From positions 32,001 through 96,000 of the forward strand of contig JAEOTZ010000058.1 of assembly GCA_016839585.1 (NCBI GenBank): 64,000 nt of DNA, written 5' to 3'. The translations under genes were made by a program, and so were the position numbers. This document shows positions 19,340 through 29,491 of this stretch, in pieces. Numbering within the stretch: position 1 is the stretch's first letter; every line of letters begins with the position of its first letter. Below the pieces are notes generated by a model. The model saw nothing but the letters and a program-made list of their open reading frames with translations, did not search any database and was not told where the DNA came from. This DNA is from Promethearchaeota archaeon. GTDB taxonomy: Archaea; Asgardarchaeota; Lokiarchaeia; Sigyniarchaeales; SOKP01.

Positions 19340-19870
19340 TTATAAATAGATAATTTCGAAATTTACATCTTCCTTAGAGATTTTAAGAAATCCGTATGAA
19401 TTTATATCAGTAAATTTTTTATCGGTAGGAGTTCCAGGGCTTATGTATAATTTACCATCTCTCCACTTTTCATTATATGGATGGTGAACATGCCCAAAAA
19501 TAATAACATCATATTTAGATAAGTCAAAATATTTGTTCAATCGTTTAATGATAATATTTGGTCCTCCCATTCCATGAGTCATAAAAATTTTATGACCATA
19601 TAAATCAAATTCAATTTTTTCAGGTAAAATCTTTATCAATTTATAATCGTCCATATTCCCTCGAATTCCAATAACTTTATCTTTTCCAAAAGTCTCTAAT
19701 AGGTCATTATACACTTTAAATTTGGTAAAATCTCCTAAATGAAAAAGATAGTCAATATTTCTTTCTTTAAAATCATTGATTATAATTTTAGGAATTTCAA
19801 GACCTCTTGATGGGATATGAGTATCCCCAATTAGTCCAATAAGTAGCTCATCTTTTTCTGTTTTAATCAT
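19340..19870 (-). CDS. metallophosphoesterase, YfcE/MJ0936/Vps29 family
   Basis: GDTHIP, HLGD, RGNMD, THG, GHVH, SPGTP. Confidence 0.9.
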   Translation of the reverse strand: MIKTEKDELLIGLIGDTHIPSRGLEIPKIIINDFKERNIDYLFHLGDFTKFKVYNDLLETFGKDKVIGIRGNMDDYKLIKILPEKIEFDLYGHKIFMTHGMGGPNIIIKRLNKYFDLSKYDVIIFGHVHHPYNEKWRDGKLYISPGTPTDKKFTDINSYGFLKISKEDVNFEIIYL

Positions 19871-19912
19871 CGTAAGAACTTAAAAATGTTTTTCTGATTT
19901 ACCGAACCCGAT

Positions 19913-20845
19913 CTATTCTTCTTCTTTATTTTTTTCAACTTCTTTTATTCTAATTTTTATCACTCTGAGAGCGAAATTAATTACGTCATCCATATTACTC
20001 CATCTGCCTTCATCAAGCATTTCTTTAATCCAGTAATAGAGATCTTGTTCTATTGGAATAGTCATATAAATTGGTTTATATGTCTGTTCCTCTGTAGACT
20101 GTGCTTTATTTAATAACCAAGAAATCAAATTTGAGACTAATTTAAAATTATCTGCTGCATTGATACCATAGGATTGCTGTAAACTTGAAAATAAAGATAA
20201 ATTACCTAAAGCTACAACTTTTCCTAATCCAAAATGCGTGATACCAATCACAGGAATTTTTTGGACTGGTTCCTCAACCCAATCATTACCATCAAAATAT
20301 TTATGCCGTGACGATTCCTCAGAAGAAAATGCTATTGCTTTAACATCAATTTTCTCATTCTCAATAGATTTATCTATATTTAAAGTACAACCGCTTGAAT
20401 GAATTATTTCTGCTATTTCTTTTGTAATAAAATGTTTTTTAAAATCTTTAATAATTGGATGTGAGCTTTTTTTTGAAAAATTTTTATCATCAAATAACCT
20501 ATCAGAGTTAAAGGTTATGCCAAAATGTTTAGTAAGTTCTGATAAGTTATTTTTATTATCATAATCGCCACCTTTATCGTTTAATAATAAAAGGCTTCCG
20601 CCATCGTTAACATATTTAACTAATGCTTCAATCTCATCAGGATTAAGATTAGAATCTGTAGTAGGAACACCAATAATGAAGATATTATATTTATTCAATT
20701 TTTCATAGCTAATTCCGGCTTCAATTTTTCCAAGTTGAAAGTCAGAATTAAATAAGTATTGGATAAAATCAGTAAAGGTTTCATTTTCAATAACTAATTT
20801 ATTATTATGGGAATAATCAAATCCAATCGCTTTTTCATTCAACAT
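19913..20845 (-). CDS. GldG/IFT52(GIFT)/DUF4350-like domain protein with C-terminal ribbon-helix-helix
   Basis: FDYSHN, EIEALVKYVNDGGSLLL, GLGKVVALGNLSLF, DNFKLVSNLISWL; tail TIPIEQDL..GRWSNMDDVINFAL. Confidence 0.7.
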   Translation of the reverse strand: MLNEKAIGFDYSHNNKLVIENETFTDFIQYLFNSDFQLGKIEAGISYEKLNKYNIFIIGVPTTDSNLNPDEIEALVKYVNDGGSLLLLNDKGGDYDNKNNLSELTKHFGITFNSDRLFDDKNFSKKSSHPIIKDFKKHFITKEIAEIIHSSGCTLNIDKSIENEKIDVKAIAFSSEESSRHKYFDGNDWVEEPVQKIPVIGITHFGLGKVVALGNLSLFSSLQQSYGINAADNFKLVSNLISWLLNKAQSTEEQTYKPIYMTIPIEQDLYYWIKEMLDEGRWSNMDDVINFALRVIKIRIKEVEKNKEEE

Positions 20846-20922
20846 AATATATATTTCTCCGTAAATTCTTATTTAATTTTGTATTAATTTGATATTATCA
20901 TAAACAAATAAATATATAAATT

Positions 20923-21285
20923 ATGCTAAAAAAAAATTATCGAGATGTTCAAGCTAAACCTGCAACCTTAATGGATGGCACTCTAGTAGAAAATGTCTTT
21001 GTAAGATGGCTAATAGATGAACAAACAGGAGCAAAAAATTTTGCTATGAGGCGTTTTGAAATCAAACCCGACACAAAAGTTTCTCTCCATAATCATCCAG
21101 AAGAGCACGAAATTTATATCTTATCTGGAACCGGAAAATTTTATAATGTTAAAGGGCAAGAAGAAATAGCAAGTACGGGAGATTTTTTATATATTCCCCC
21201 TAATGAAAAGCATGGGTTAGACAATATAGGAGAAGATAATCTAATTTTTTTGTGTCTTATTCCGTATCTTAAAAATAGAAATTAA
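20923..21285 (+). CDS. cupin domain protein
   Basis: LHNHPEEHEIYILSG, YIPPNEKHG. Confidence 0.9.
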   Translation: MLKKNYRDVQAKPATLMDGTLVENVFVRWLIDEQTGAKNFAMRRFEIKPDTKVSLHNHPEEHEIYILSGTGKFYNVKGQEEIASTGDFLYIPPNEKHGLDNIGEDNLIFLCLIPYLKNRN

Positions 21286-21289
21286 AATA

Positions 21290-23728
21290 TTAGGTTTCTT
21301 TTTCACATTTTCCAATTGTTACAACTAAGTCTTTTTCATATAGCTTGATAACTCTAACACCCTTAGCAGTTCTATGTGTGATCCTTATCGAATCAACGGG
21401 TACTCTTATAACTTGACCTTGTTCTGTTCCGACTAATAGATCCATGTTTTTTGCTATTTTTATAGCTATTACTTCATCATTTTTTGTTTTATTCAATGTG
21501 ATATTCTTTACACCTTTAGCGGACCTACCAGTTTTACGATATTCTTTAACGTAAGTTCTTTGTCCATACCCATTTTGAGTGAGTGTTAATATTATCTCAT
21601 CATCTGATACAAGAAGGGCATCAATTACTTCATCATTATCTCTTAATTCCGCTCCTTTCACTCCCATAGAATTACGTCCTAACTCACGTAATTCAGATTC
21701 ATCAAACCTAACCGCATATCCCAATTTAGTAGCTATAAAAATATCTTGAAGTTCATTTGAGAGCCTTTTAACACTTACTAACTCATCATCTGCCCTTATT
21801 CTTTGGGCTCTTACTCCAGTGTTCTTAAATTTTGAGAATAGTTTTAAGGGAGTTTTTTTAATAATACCTTTCTTTGTAGTCATAATAAGCATTTCATTAG
21901 TATTGAAGTTATTAATTGGGATCATAGCTGATATATTTTCTCCTGATTGCAGAGGAATAAGATTTATTATTGGTTTTCCTCTAGCAGTACGTTTTTGTAA
22001 AGGAATATCATAACATTTAATCGAATATACTCTTCCTTTCGATGTAAATATTAAAATTGTGTCATGGGTGGTACAAACAAATAAATCTGTAATAAAATCC
22101 TCTTCGCGTATGGTCATACCTTTTTTCCCACGCCCTCCACGTCTTTGAGCTTGGTATTCTTCCAAAGAAATTCTTTTGATATATTGATTTTTTGTGAAAA
22201 TCACAATAGTAGTTTCTTTTTTAATTAAATCTTTCTTTTCAATTTCTTTTACTTCTTGTTGTTCAACCATTTTAATTTCAGTTTTTCTCTCATCTCCATA
22301 TTTTTTGATTAAGTCAAGTAAATCGCTTTTAATCATGCCCAAACGAACATTCTTATCTTCCAGAATTTTATTATATTCCTCAATACTAGATTGTAATGAT
22401 TTTTGTTCATCAACTAACTTTTGTTGTTCCAAATTTGTTAGTCGTGACAAAGGCATACTCAATATAGATTGAACTTGAATATCACTTAGCTCATAAGCTA
22501 CTTTTAATTTATTTTTCGCTTCACTTGTATCTTTCGAATTTTTAATTATTTTTACTACATTATCGATATCATTTAATGCGATTAAAAGCCCTTCAACTCT
22601 ATGAAGTCGATCTTTTGCCTTCTTAAGAAGATATTCGGTTCTTTTATAAATGATAATTAAACGATGTTCAATATATTCATTAATTATCTCCTTTAAATTG
22701 AGAATTTTTGGTTGTTTACCTTCATTAATTAAAACTAGATTAGTTGTGCTAAATGTTGTTAAAAGTCTAGTTCTTTTAAAAAGAATATTTTTTAGTATTA
22801 CTGGTTGAGCATTTCTAGATAAATCTAATACAATTCGCATACCATTCCTATCGGATTCATCTCGCAAATCTCTAATATCTTTAAGGACTCTATCTTTAAT
22901 TAGCTTAGCAATAGATTCAATCAAATCTGTTTTATTAACTAAATATGGAATTTCAGTAATAATTAAACTAGTTTTATTTCCTTTTATTTCAGTCTCAACC
23001 TTTCCACTAATATTTATCGTTCCATTACCGGTAGTATATGCATTGTAGATACCATTTGTATCAGTGATAATACCCCCTGTCGGAAAATCAGGACCTTTAA
23101 TGATTTCCATTAATTCTTCTATAGATATTTTAGGATCATCTATAGCTGCAATAATCCCACTACATACTTCTGTTAAATTATGGGGGGGCATAGATGTTGC
23201 CATTCCTACTGCAATTCCTTTAGTGCCATTTAATAAGATATTAGGAAGTTTTGCAGGTAGATATGTGGGTTCAGAAGTACTGTTATCAAAATTAGGTTGA
23301 AATTCTACAGTTTCTTTATCTAAATCTTCAATCAGTTCATTTGAGATTAGTGATAATTTTGCTTCAGTATATCTATACGCAGCAGGTGGATCTCCATCTA
23401 TAGATCCAAAATTCCCTTGTGGATGAATTAAAGGATATCTTAATGAAAAGTCCTGTCCCATTCTAACTAATGCATTATAAACTGCCAAATCACCGTGTGG
23501 GTGAAAATTCCCTAAAGTCTCGCCTACAATCTTAGCACATTTCACTGTGGAACCTGCATAATTCCAATTATTTGTTGCCATGGCGTAAATAATACGTCTA
23601 TGAACAGGCTTCAGACCATCTCTGACGTCTGGAATGGCTCTTCCAACGACCACGCTCATTGCATAATCGATATAGCTGCTTTGCATTTCTTCTTTTAATA
23701 AAATCTCTTCAATCTGTTCTGAAGTCAA
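21290..23728 (-). CDS. gyrA: DNA gyrase subunit A
   Basis: RAIPDVRDGLKPVHRR, HPHGD, AAYRYTE, GyrA-box QRRGGRG, C-terminal pinwheel repeats. Confidence 0.97.
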   Translation of the reverse strand: MTSEQIEEILLKEEMQSSYIDYAMSVVVGRAIPDVRDGLKPVHRRIIYAMATNNWNYAGSTVKCAKIVGETLGNFHPHGDLAVYNALVRMGQDFSLRYPLIHPQGNFGSIDGDPPAAYRYTEAKLSLISNELIEDLDKETVEFQPNFDNSTSEPTYLPAKLPNILLNGTKGIAVGMATSMPPHNLTEVCSGIIAAIDDPKISIEELMEIIKGPDFPTGGIITDTNGIYNAYTTGNGTINISGKVETEIKGNKTSLIITEIPYLVNKTDLIESIAKLIKDRVLKDIRDLRDESDRNGMRIVLDLSRNAQPVILKNILFKRTRLLTTFSTTNLVLINEGKQPKILNLKEIINEYIEHRLIIIYKRTEYLLKKAKDRLHRVEGLLIALNDIDNVVKIIKNSKDTSEAKNKLKVAYELSDIQVQSILSMPLSRLTNLEQQKLVDEQKSLQSSIEEYNKILEDKNVRLGMIKSDLLDLIKKYGDERKTEIKMVEQQEVKEIEKKDLIKKETTIVIFTKNQYIKRISLEEYQAQRRGGRGKKGMTIREEDFITDLFVCTTHDTILIFTSKGRVYSIKCYDIPLQKRTARGKPIINLIPLQSGENISAMIPINNFNTNEMLIMTTKKGIIKKTPLKLFSKFKNTGVRAQRIRADDELVSVKRLSNELQDIFIATKLGYAVRFDESELRELGRNSMGVKGAELRDNDEVIDALLVSDDEIILTLTQNGYGQRTYVKEYRKTGRSAKGVKNITLNKTKNDEVIAIKIAKNMDLLVGTEQGQVIRVPVDSIRITHRTAKGVRVIKLYEKDLVVTIGKCEKET

Positions 23729-23775
23729 TTATAACACCATTTCTATTTTAAATTATTTAAATTAAATAAGCAGTT

Positions 23776-25800
23776 TTAAATATCTAATATGTTAACTTCA
23801 TCAAAATTACTAATAATAAACTTTTTTCGAGCTTTAACTTCTTTACCCATCAATTTAGTAAAGATTAAATCATTTTCCAGATAATCCTCATAAGTAACTT
23901 TTTTCAGTGTTCTGGTTTCTCTATTCATAGTTGTGTCGTAAAGTTCATTTGGGTTCATCTCCCCGAGACCCTTATAGCGTTGAATTTTTATGGAATCTGT
24001 GTTCTTTAAATTATATTTTGATTTGATGCTTTTAAGCAAACTTTCTTTTTCTATATCTGAATAAACGTATTCTCTCGTTTTTTTGTAAGATACTTTATAT
24101 AAAGGAGGTACAGCAATATATAAATGTCCTTCATCTATTAAAGGTCTCAAATATCTAAAAAAGAAAGTAAGCAATAAAGTTTCGATATGAAATCCATCGA
24201 TATCTGCGTCGCACATGATTATTACCTTATAGTATCTAAGTTTACTCAAATCGAAACTCTCTTCTGCTTCATCTCCATTCTCTTCTAGCTCGCCATTGAC
24301 ACCATTTATTTGATTATCTTCTTGAAATCCAACTCCTAAAGCTTTGATTATAGCTTGGATTTCATTATTTTGCAGTACTTTATCTATTCTAGCTTTTTCA
24401 ACATTGAGAATTTTACCTCTAATTGGAAGAATTGCTTGATAAGTCCTATCTCTTCCTTGTTTTGCAGGACCACCTGCTGAATCTCCTTCTACTATGAAAA
24501 TCTCTACTTTTTCTGGATCATTTGATGAGCAATCAGCAAGTTTTCCAGGCATTCTAGCACTGTCTAATGCTGATTTTCTTCGAATTAATGTTCTCGCTTT
24601 TTGAGCAGCTTCTCTGGCTATCTTTGCATTAATAGTTTTTAAAACAATCCTTTTAGCAGTTTGCGGGTGTTCTTCGAAATACTGAGTTAATTTTTCAGTA
24701 ACAATTTGGCTAACAATTTGTCTGATTTCGGGATTACCTAACTTTATTTTTGTTTGACTTTCAAATTGAGGATCGGGAAGTTTAACAGAGATTACTGCAG
24801 ATAGACCTTCTCTTGTATCACTTCCACTTAATATATGTCCTTTATACTTCTTTTCCATAAAGTTTTCTACATATGAGTTAAATGCCCTTGTTAAAGCGGA
24901 TTTAAAACCAGTTAAATGAACTCCACCTTCAATTGTATTTATAGTATTTGCATAAGAGAGAATAGTCGTTTGATATCCTTGATTATATTGCATCGCAATA
25001 TCGCAAAGTACCACCGATCCATCTTTATCTTTATAAGAGTCGCTTATGTAAATAATATCATTATGTAGTGGTTGTTTATCCTTGTTTAAATATGAGATAA
25101 ATTCTTTAAGACCACCCTCATAATGAAATTCTTCTTTTTCATTTGTATTTTTATCATGAATCTCAAATCTTGCGTGAGGAGTAAGGAAAGCAAGCTCTCG
25201 CATTCTAGTACTAATAGAAGATACATTAAAAAGTGGTTCTTTTGGATCAAATTCAAAAATTTCCTTATCCGGATAAAAAATTATTTTAGTATAAGACTCC
25301 TTTACTTGTGTTTCTTTTATCTCTGGTTCTGATGCTTTTTTACCCTTTGAAAATTTTTGTGTATAACAAAGCCCATCGCGGCACACTTCAACATCCATCC
25401 ACTCAGTTAATGCATTCACAACTGAAAGTCCAACGCCATGCAAACCACCTGATATTTTATAACTTTTATTGTCAAATTTTCCACCAGAATGTAAATATTC
25501 CATAATAACTTCGAGGGCCGGTTTATTGTATTCAGGATGATTATCGATAGGAATACCTCTACCATTATCAAATATTTGGACAGAATTGTTTTTATTTAGG
25601 GTTATTTTTATCTCATCCGCAAACCCGCCCATTGCTTCGTCGACACAATTATCCAAAACTTCAAAAATAAGATGATGGAGGCCCTTCTTTCCTGTGGAGC
25701 CAATATAGAGTGCTGGTCTCTTCCTAACACCTTCTAAACCTTTTAAAACCTTTATGTCCTCAGCCTGATAAGAGTTTTGGTCAGAGGATTTATCATTCAT
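23776..25800 (-). CDS. gyrB: DNA gyrase subunit B
   Basis: EVLDNCVDE, DNGRGIP, GGLHGVG, VEGDSAGG, PIRGKILNV, RYKGLGEMN. Confidence 0.97.
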   Translation of the reverse strand: MNDKSSDQNSYQAEDIKVLKGLEGVRKRPALYIGSTGKKGLHHLIFEVLDNCVDEAMGGFADEIKITLNKNNSVQIFDNGRGIPIDNHPEYNKPALEVIMEYLHSGGKFDNKSYKISGGLHGVGLSVVNALTEWMDVEVCRDGLCYTQKFSKGKKASEPEIKETQVKESYTKIIFYPDKEIFEFDPKEPLFNVSSISTRMRELAFLTPHARFEIHDKNTNEKEEFHYEGGLKEFISYLNKDKQPLHNDIIYISDSYKDKDGSVVLCDIAMQYNQGYQTTILSYANTINTIEGGVHLTGFKSALTRAFNSYVENFMEKKYKGHILSGSDTREGLSAVISVKLPDPQFESQTKIKLGNPEIRQIVSQIVTEKLTQYFEEHPQTAKRIVLKTINAKIAREAAQKARTLIRRKSALDSARMPGKLADCSSNDPEKVEIFIVEGDSAGGPAKQGRDRTYQAILPIRGKILNVEKARIDKVLQNNEIQAIIKALGVGFQEDNQINGVNGELEENGDEAEESFDLSKLRYYKVIIMCDADIDGFHIETLLLTFFFRYLRPLIDEGHLYIAVPPLYKVSYKKTREYVYSDIEKESLLKSIKSKYNLKNTDSIKIQRYKGLGEMNPNELYDTTMNRETRTLKKVTYEDYLENDLIFTKLMGKEVKARKKFIISNFDEVNILDI

Positions 25801-26076
25801 AAGAAAATAACCTGTAGAATTTTAATTTGTAATCATAAAAATATTCAAAATACCATTATATTTTGCTGATTTACATATAATAAATAGTAATACTCAAATT
25901 TAAATATAAGCTCAAATCTTTTTAGCTCAAAAATAACAATATGTCTTAATTATTAACCAGAATTTATATATATCAAAAGTTATAAGAGATTTCCTCAAAT
26001 TTATCCTAATTTTAAAATAGTTCTTTATTTTGGTCCAAATCTTAAGAGATCACAAAAATTAAAAAATGACTATTAT

Positions 26077-26940
26077 TTACTGATATCTTCTAATTTCTTC
26101 AGCCATTTTTACAATGTCTAATAATTGGTTATTCACATCATGAGTTCGAATAATATGAGCACCATTATAAACTGCTATCGCAGTAGAAGAAAGTGTTCCA
26201 TTTAGTCGATTTTCAGGGTCTGGAATATTCAGTGATGTTCCTATAAAAGATTTTCTTGATACAGCAATCAATATGGGTTTATTAAGTTGCCTTAGTTTAT
26301 TCAAATTCCCTATGATTTTTAAATCATATATATGTACTTTTTTTTCAATCCATTTTCCAATTCCAGGATCTAATACAATATTATTCTCAGCATATCCATT
26401 GGTTTCAAGTTTTTTTATAGTTTTTTCAAATTCTTTAATTATTTCTTCAATTGTACATAAATCTCCAGGAACTTTTTTAGACGCCATCAAAATTACAGGA
26501 AGATTATTTTCAATAATAAATTCTTGTAAGGAAGGATCTGTTTTTAAACAGCTTACATCGTTGATTATTATTTTTCTTTTTGATTTAAGAGAGATATCAT
26601 AAGCAATTTGAGCAACATTACTGTACTGTGTATCAACTGATATTATTATATCTTCAGGAATTATTTTACAAACTAATTCCATAGCGGGGGTTAACCGACT
26701 AATCTCTTCTTCGATAGTTATTTTATCTGACCAAGGAGCAGTAGATCGAGCTCCTAAATCAAGCATTTTTGCTCCATTTTTTATCATATCTAAGGTGGCA
26801 TTCTCTATTTCCCTATCGTCAGAATAAACTGATCCTTGGTAAAAGGACTCGGGGCTTAAATTTAAAACACCCATAATCACTGTAGGAAAATCATCTCCAA
26901 TTTCCAAGGAATCATAAATTTTTGAATAGATTTTTTTCAT
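26077..26940 (-). CDS. folP: dihydropteroate synthase
   Basis: MGVLNLSPESF, ISVDT, INDVS, LDPGIG, SRKSF, IIRTHDV. Confidence 0.92.
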   Translation of the reverse strand: MKKIYSKIYDSLEIGDDFPTVIMGVLNLSPESFYQGSVYSDDREIENATLDMIKNGAKMLDLGARSTAPWSDKITIEEEISRLTPAMELVCKIIPEDIIISVDTQYSNVAQIAYDISLKSKRKIIINDVSCLKTDPSLQEFIIENNLPVILMASKKVPGDLCTIEEIIKEFEKTIKKLETNGYAENNIVLDPGIGKWIEKKVHIYDLKIIGNLNKLRQLNKPILIAVSRKSFIGTSLNIPDPENRLNGTLSSTAIAVYNGAHIIRTHDVNNQLLDIVKMAEEIRRYQ

Positions 26941-26996
26941 TCTGCATCAAGAAAAGAAAAAAAGTATATCAAATAAGTTTAATTTTTTTACCCACT

Positions 26997-27776
26997 ATGG
27001 AATTATTTTCAATAAAGCTTCCACTAATTAAAGAGAATGCTCCCCTATTAGACATTATAATAAAAAATATTAAGAAATCTGGGAAATTGTTAAAAGAAAG
27101 AGATATTATAGTAATTGCTGAAAAAGTAATTGCAACATCTCAAGGACGAATAGTCAAATTATCTGAAGTAAAACAGATATCAGAAAAAGCAAAAAATTTT
27201 GCTAATAAATATGATATGGATGAAAGATACGTGGAATTAATTCTTCGAGAAGCCTCAATGATACTGGGAGGAATGAGGCATGTTATATTAGCAAAAGTTA
27301 ATGATTTTCTAATAGCTAATGCCGGAATTGACCAATCTAATGCTGGTCCTGATAATGTTGTTTTATTACCAAAAAATCTTAATGAAGTGGTCTGGGATTA
27401 TTGGAAAGAACTGAAGAAAGTATTTAACATAAATAAATTAGGAGTTATTATATCTGACTCGAGAGTACAACCTCTTAGGAAGGGTACGATTGGAATAGCG
27501 ATAGCTACCGCTGGATTTGAACCAATTGAAGATCTACGTGGTCATCCAGATCTTTTTGGTAGACCTTTAGAGATTACTATGAGAGCCATTGCTGATGATC
27601 TTACAAGTGCGGCTCAATTTCTTTTAAGCGAAGCTGATAAACAAACTCCCGTGGTTATTATTAGAGGTAGTAATGTTGAATTTACTGAAAATCCGAAAAC
27701 TACACCAGAAATACCTCCGGAAGAATGTCTTTATATGAATATTTTTTCTAAATATCTGCTTAAAAAACAAGATTAA
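26997..27776 (+). CDS. cofE: coenzyme F420:L-glutamate ligase (CofE) family protein
   Basis: IAEKVIATSQG, ANAGIDQSN, IISDS, DLRGHPDLFGRPL, ADDLTSAA; start trimmed to ATG 26997. Confidence 0.85.
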   Translation: MELFSIKLPLIKENAPLLDIIIKNIKKSGKLLKERDIIVIAEKVIATSQGRIVKLSEVKQISEKAKNFANKYDMDERYVELILREASMILGGMRHVILAKVNDFLIANAGIDQSNAGPDNVVLLPKNLNEVVWDYWKELKKVFNINKLGVIISDSRVQPLRKGTIGIAIATAGFEPIEDLRGHPDLFGRPLEITMRAIADDLTSAAQFLLSEADKQTPVVIIRGSNVEFTENPKTTPEIPPEECLYMNIFSKYLLKKQD

Positions 27777-28076
27777 TGGCAGAAATTTGACAAATAATTA
27801 ATAATGGTCATCTATTTATTTAAATTGTTTATATAACCTAGAAATTATAGAGATTTTAAAATCATAGTATGGTCAGTCTAGATATTCTAAAACATTTATA
27901 TTTTAATTCCATTTTAAATCTCCCAATATAAAGCCATGGTTTTTTTCTAAACTATGAACATATTGATTTTCTCATTAATTAAGATCACATCTATTATCTT
28001 ATAATTCAGTCAAATTTTTTAGAAATCATTAACTAACTAAGACATACTAATTGTAGACTATTCTTTTAATTCAAAA

Positions 28077-29378
28077 ATGACAGAATCAAAATATACAACT
28101 ATAGAAGAAGCTCTAAATAAGGGTTCTACTGATGTGAATCTAAGAGGTTGGGTATACAGAGAAAGAAAATCAAATAAGTTTGTATTCATTGTTTTACGGG
28201 ATGAATCTGATATAATACAATGTGTTATATCCAATGAAAAAAATCCAAAACTCTTTGAAAGAGCTGAAAAACTGACTATTGAATCTTCAGTTATGATTTC
28301 GGGAGAATTAAAAAAGGATGAAAGAGCTCCCACCGGTTATGAAGTTTCTGTAACTGATTTGGAAATACTCCAAATTGCTGAACCATTTCCAATCACTGAA
28401 CACCAATCACCTGAACTTTTATATGATAATAGACATTTGTGGTTAAGATCAAGGAAATTAAATGCTATCTTAAAAATTAGACACACCATTGTTGGAGCAA
28501 TTCATGAGTTTTTTAGAAGTCATGGATATTATGAGTTCGATGCACCAATCTTCCAACCTAGCCAGTCGGAAGGTGGTGCCACTTTATTCGAAGTTAAATA
28601 CTTTGAAGATAAGACTTATCTAAGCCAAACTTGGCAGTTATATGCTGAAGCAGGGATCTTTTCATTAGGGAAAATTTATAATATGGCACCAACATTTAGA
28701 GCGGAAAGATCAAAAACTTCAAGACATTTAGCAGAATTTTGGATGGCTGAAATGGAAGCTGCATGGATGAAACTTGATGAAGTTACTGAAGTTGCTAAAG
28801 ATGAAATCAGGTATATTGTTCAACAAGTTTTAAAACATAATAGAAGAGAACTTGAAATCTTGGAGAGAGATATAAAGTTACTAGAGCATTATGCAGAAGT
28901 AGAATACCCTACAATAAAATATGCAGAAGCTCTAGACATCCTTAATAAGAAATATAAAATGAATGTTCCATGGGGTAAGGATCTAAGGACCATTGAAGAA
29001 GCAAAAATAGCTGAATATTTTAAAGCTCCTGTGGTTGTGACACACTATCCTACAGAAATAATGGGTTTTTACAAACCGCCCAGTGAGGAAAATCCTCAAG
29101 AAGCATTATGTTTTGATATGTTAGCTCCTGAAGGATACTGTGAAATTGTTGGCGGCTCAGAGAGATCTTTGTTACTCGATGATATGATAAAGAGGCTAGA
29201 AGCTGATGGCGAAGATCCAAAAAATTATGAGTGGTATTTTGAATTAAGACGTTACGGTAGTGTACCTCATTCAGGTTATGGTGTTGGTGTTGAAAGAGTC
29301 GTTATGTGGTTATGTGGAATAGATAATATAAAAGATGCTATTCCTTTCCCTAGAACAATGATAAGAAAAACACCTTAA
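28077..29378 (+). CDS. asnS: asparaginyl-tRNA synthetase
   Basis: OB fold; RHLWLRS, YLSQTWQLY, SRHLAEFWMAE, YGSVPHSGYGVGVER (AsnRS-type rather than AspRS-type motifs). Confidence 0.88.
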   Translation: MTESKYTTIEEALNKGSTDVNLRGWVYRERKSNKFVFIVLRDESDIIQCVISNEKNPKLFERAEKLTIESSVMISGELKKDERAPTGYEVSVTDLEILQIAEPFPITEHQSPELLYDNRHLWLRSRKLNAILKIRHTIVGAIHEFFRSHGYYEFDAPIFQPSQSEGGATLFEVKYFEDKTYLSQTWQLYAEAGIFSLGKIYNMAPTFRAERSKTSRHLAEFWMAEMEAAWMKLDEVTEVAKDEIRYIVQQVLKHNRRELEILERDIKLLEHYAEVEYPTIKYAEALDILNKKYKMNVPWGKDLRTIEEAKIAEYFKAPVVVTHYPTEIMGFYKPPSEENPQEALCFDMLAPEGYCEIVGGSERSLLLDDMIKRLEADGEDPKNYEWYFELRRYGSVPHSGYGVGVERVVMWLCGIDNIKDAIPFPRTMIRKTP

Positions 29379-29491
29379 TAAAAACTAAAAAAAGTAAATT
29401 CTTTTAAATTTTTTAGAAATATAGAATTATTATTGATAAGTTATTTAAGCGATACTAATCCTAATTTATTCAAAAGCGTGGTTTGTTATAA

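Noticed and set aside
26922-26996. Extended N-terminus of cofE in the ORF track
   Set aside because: Overlaps the folP start on the opposite strand; ATG 26997 matches the family N-terminus
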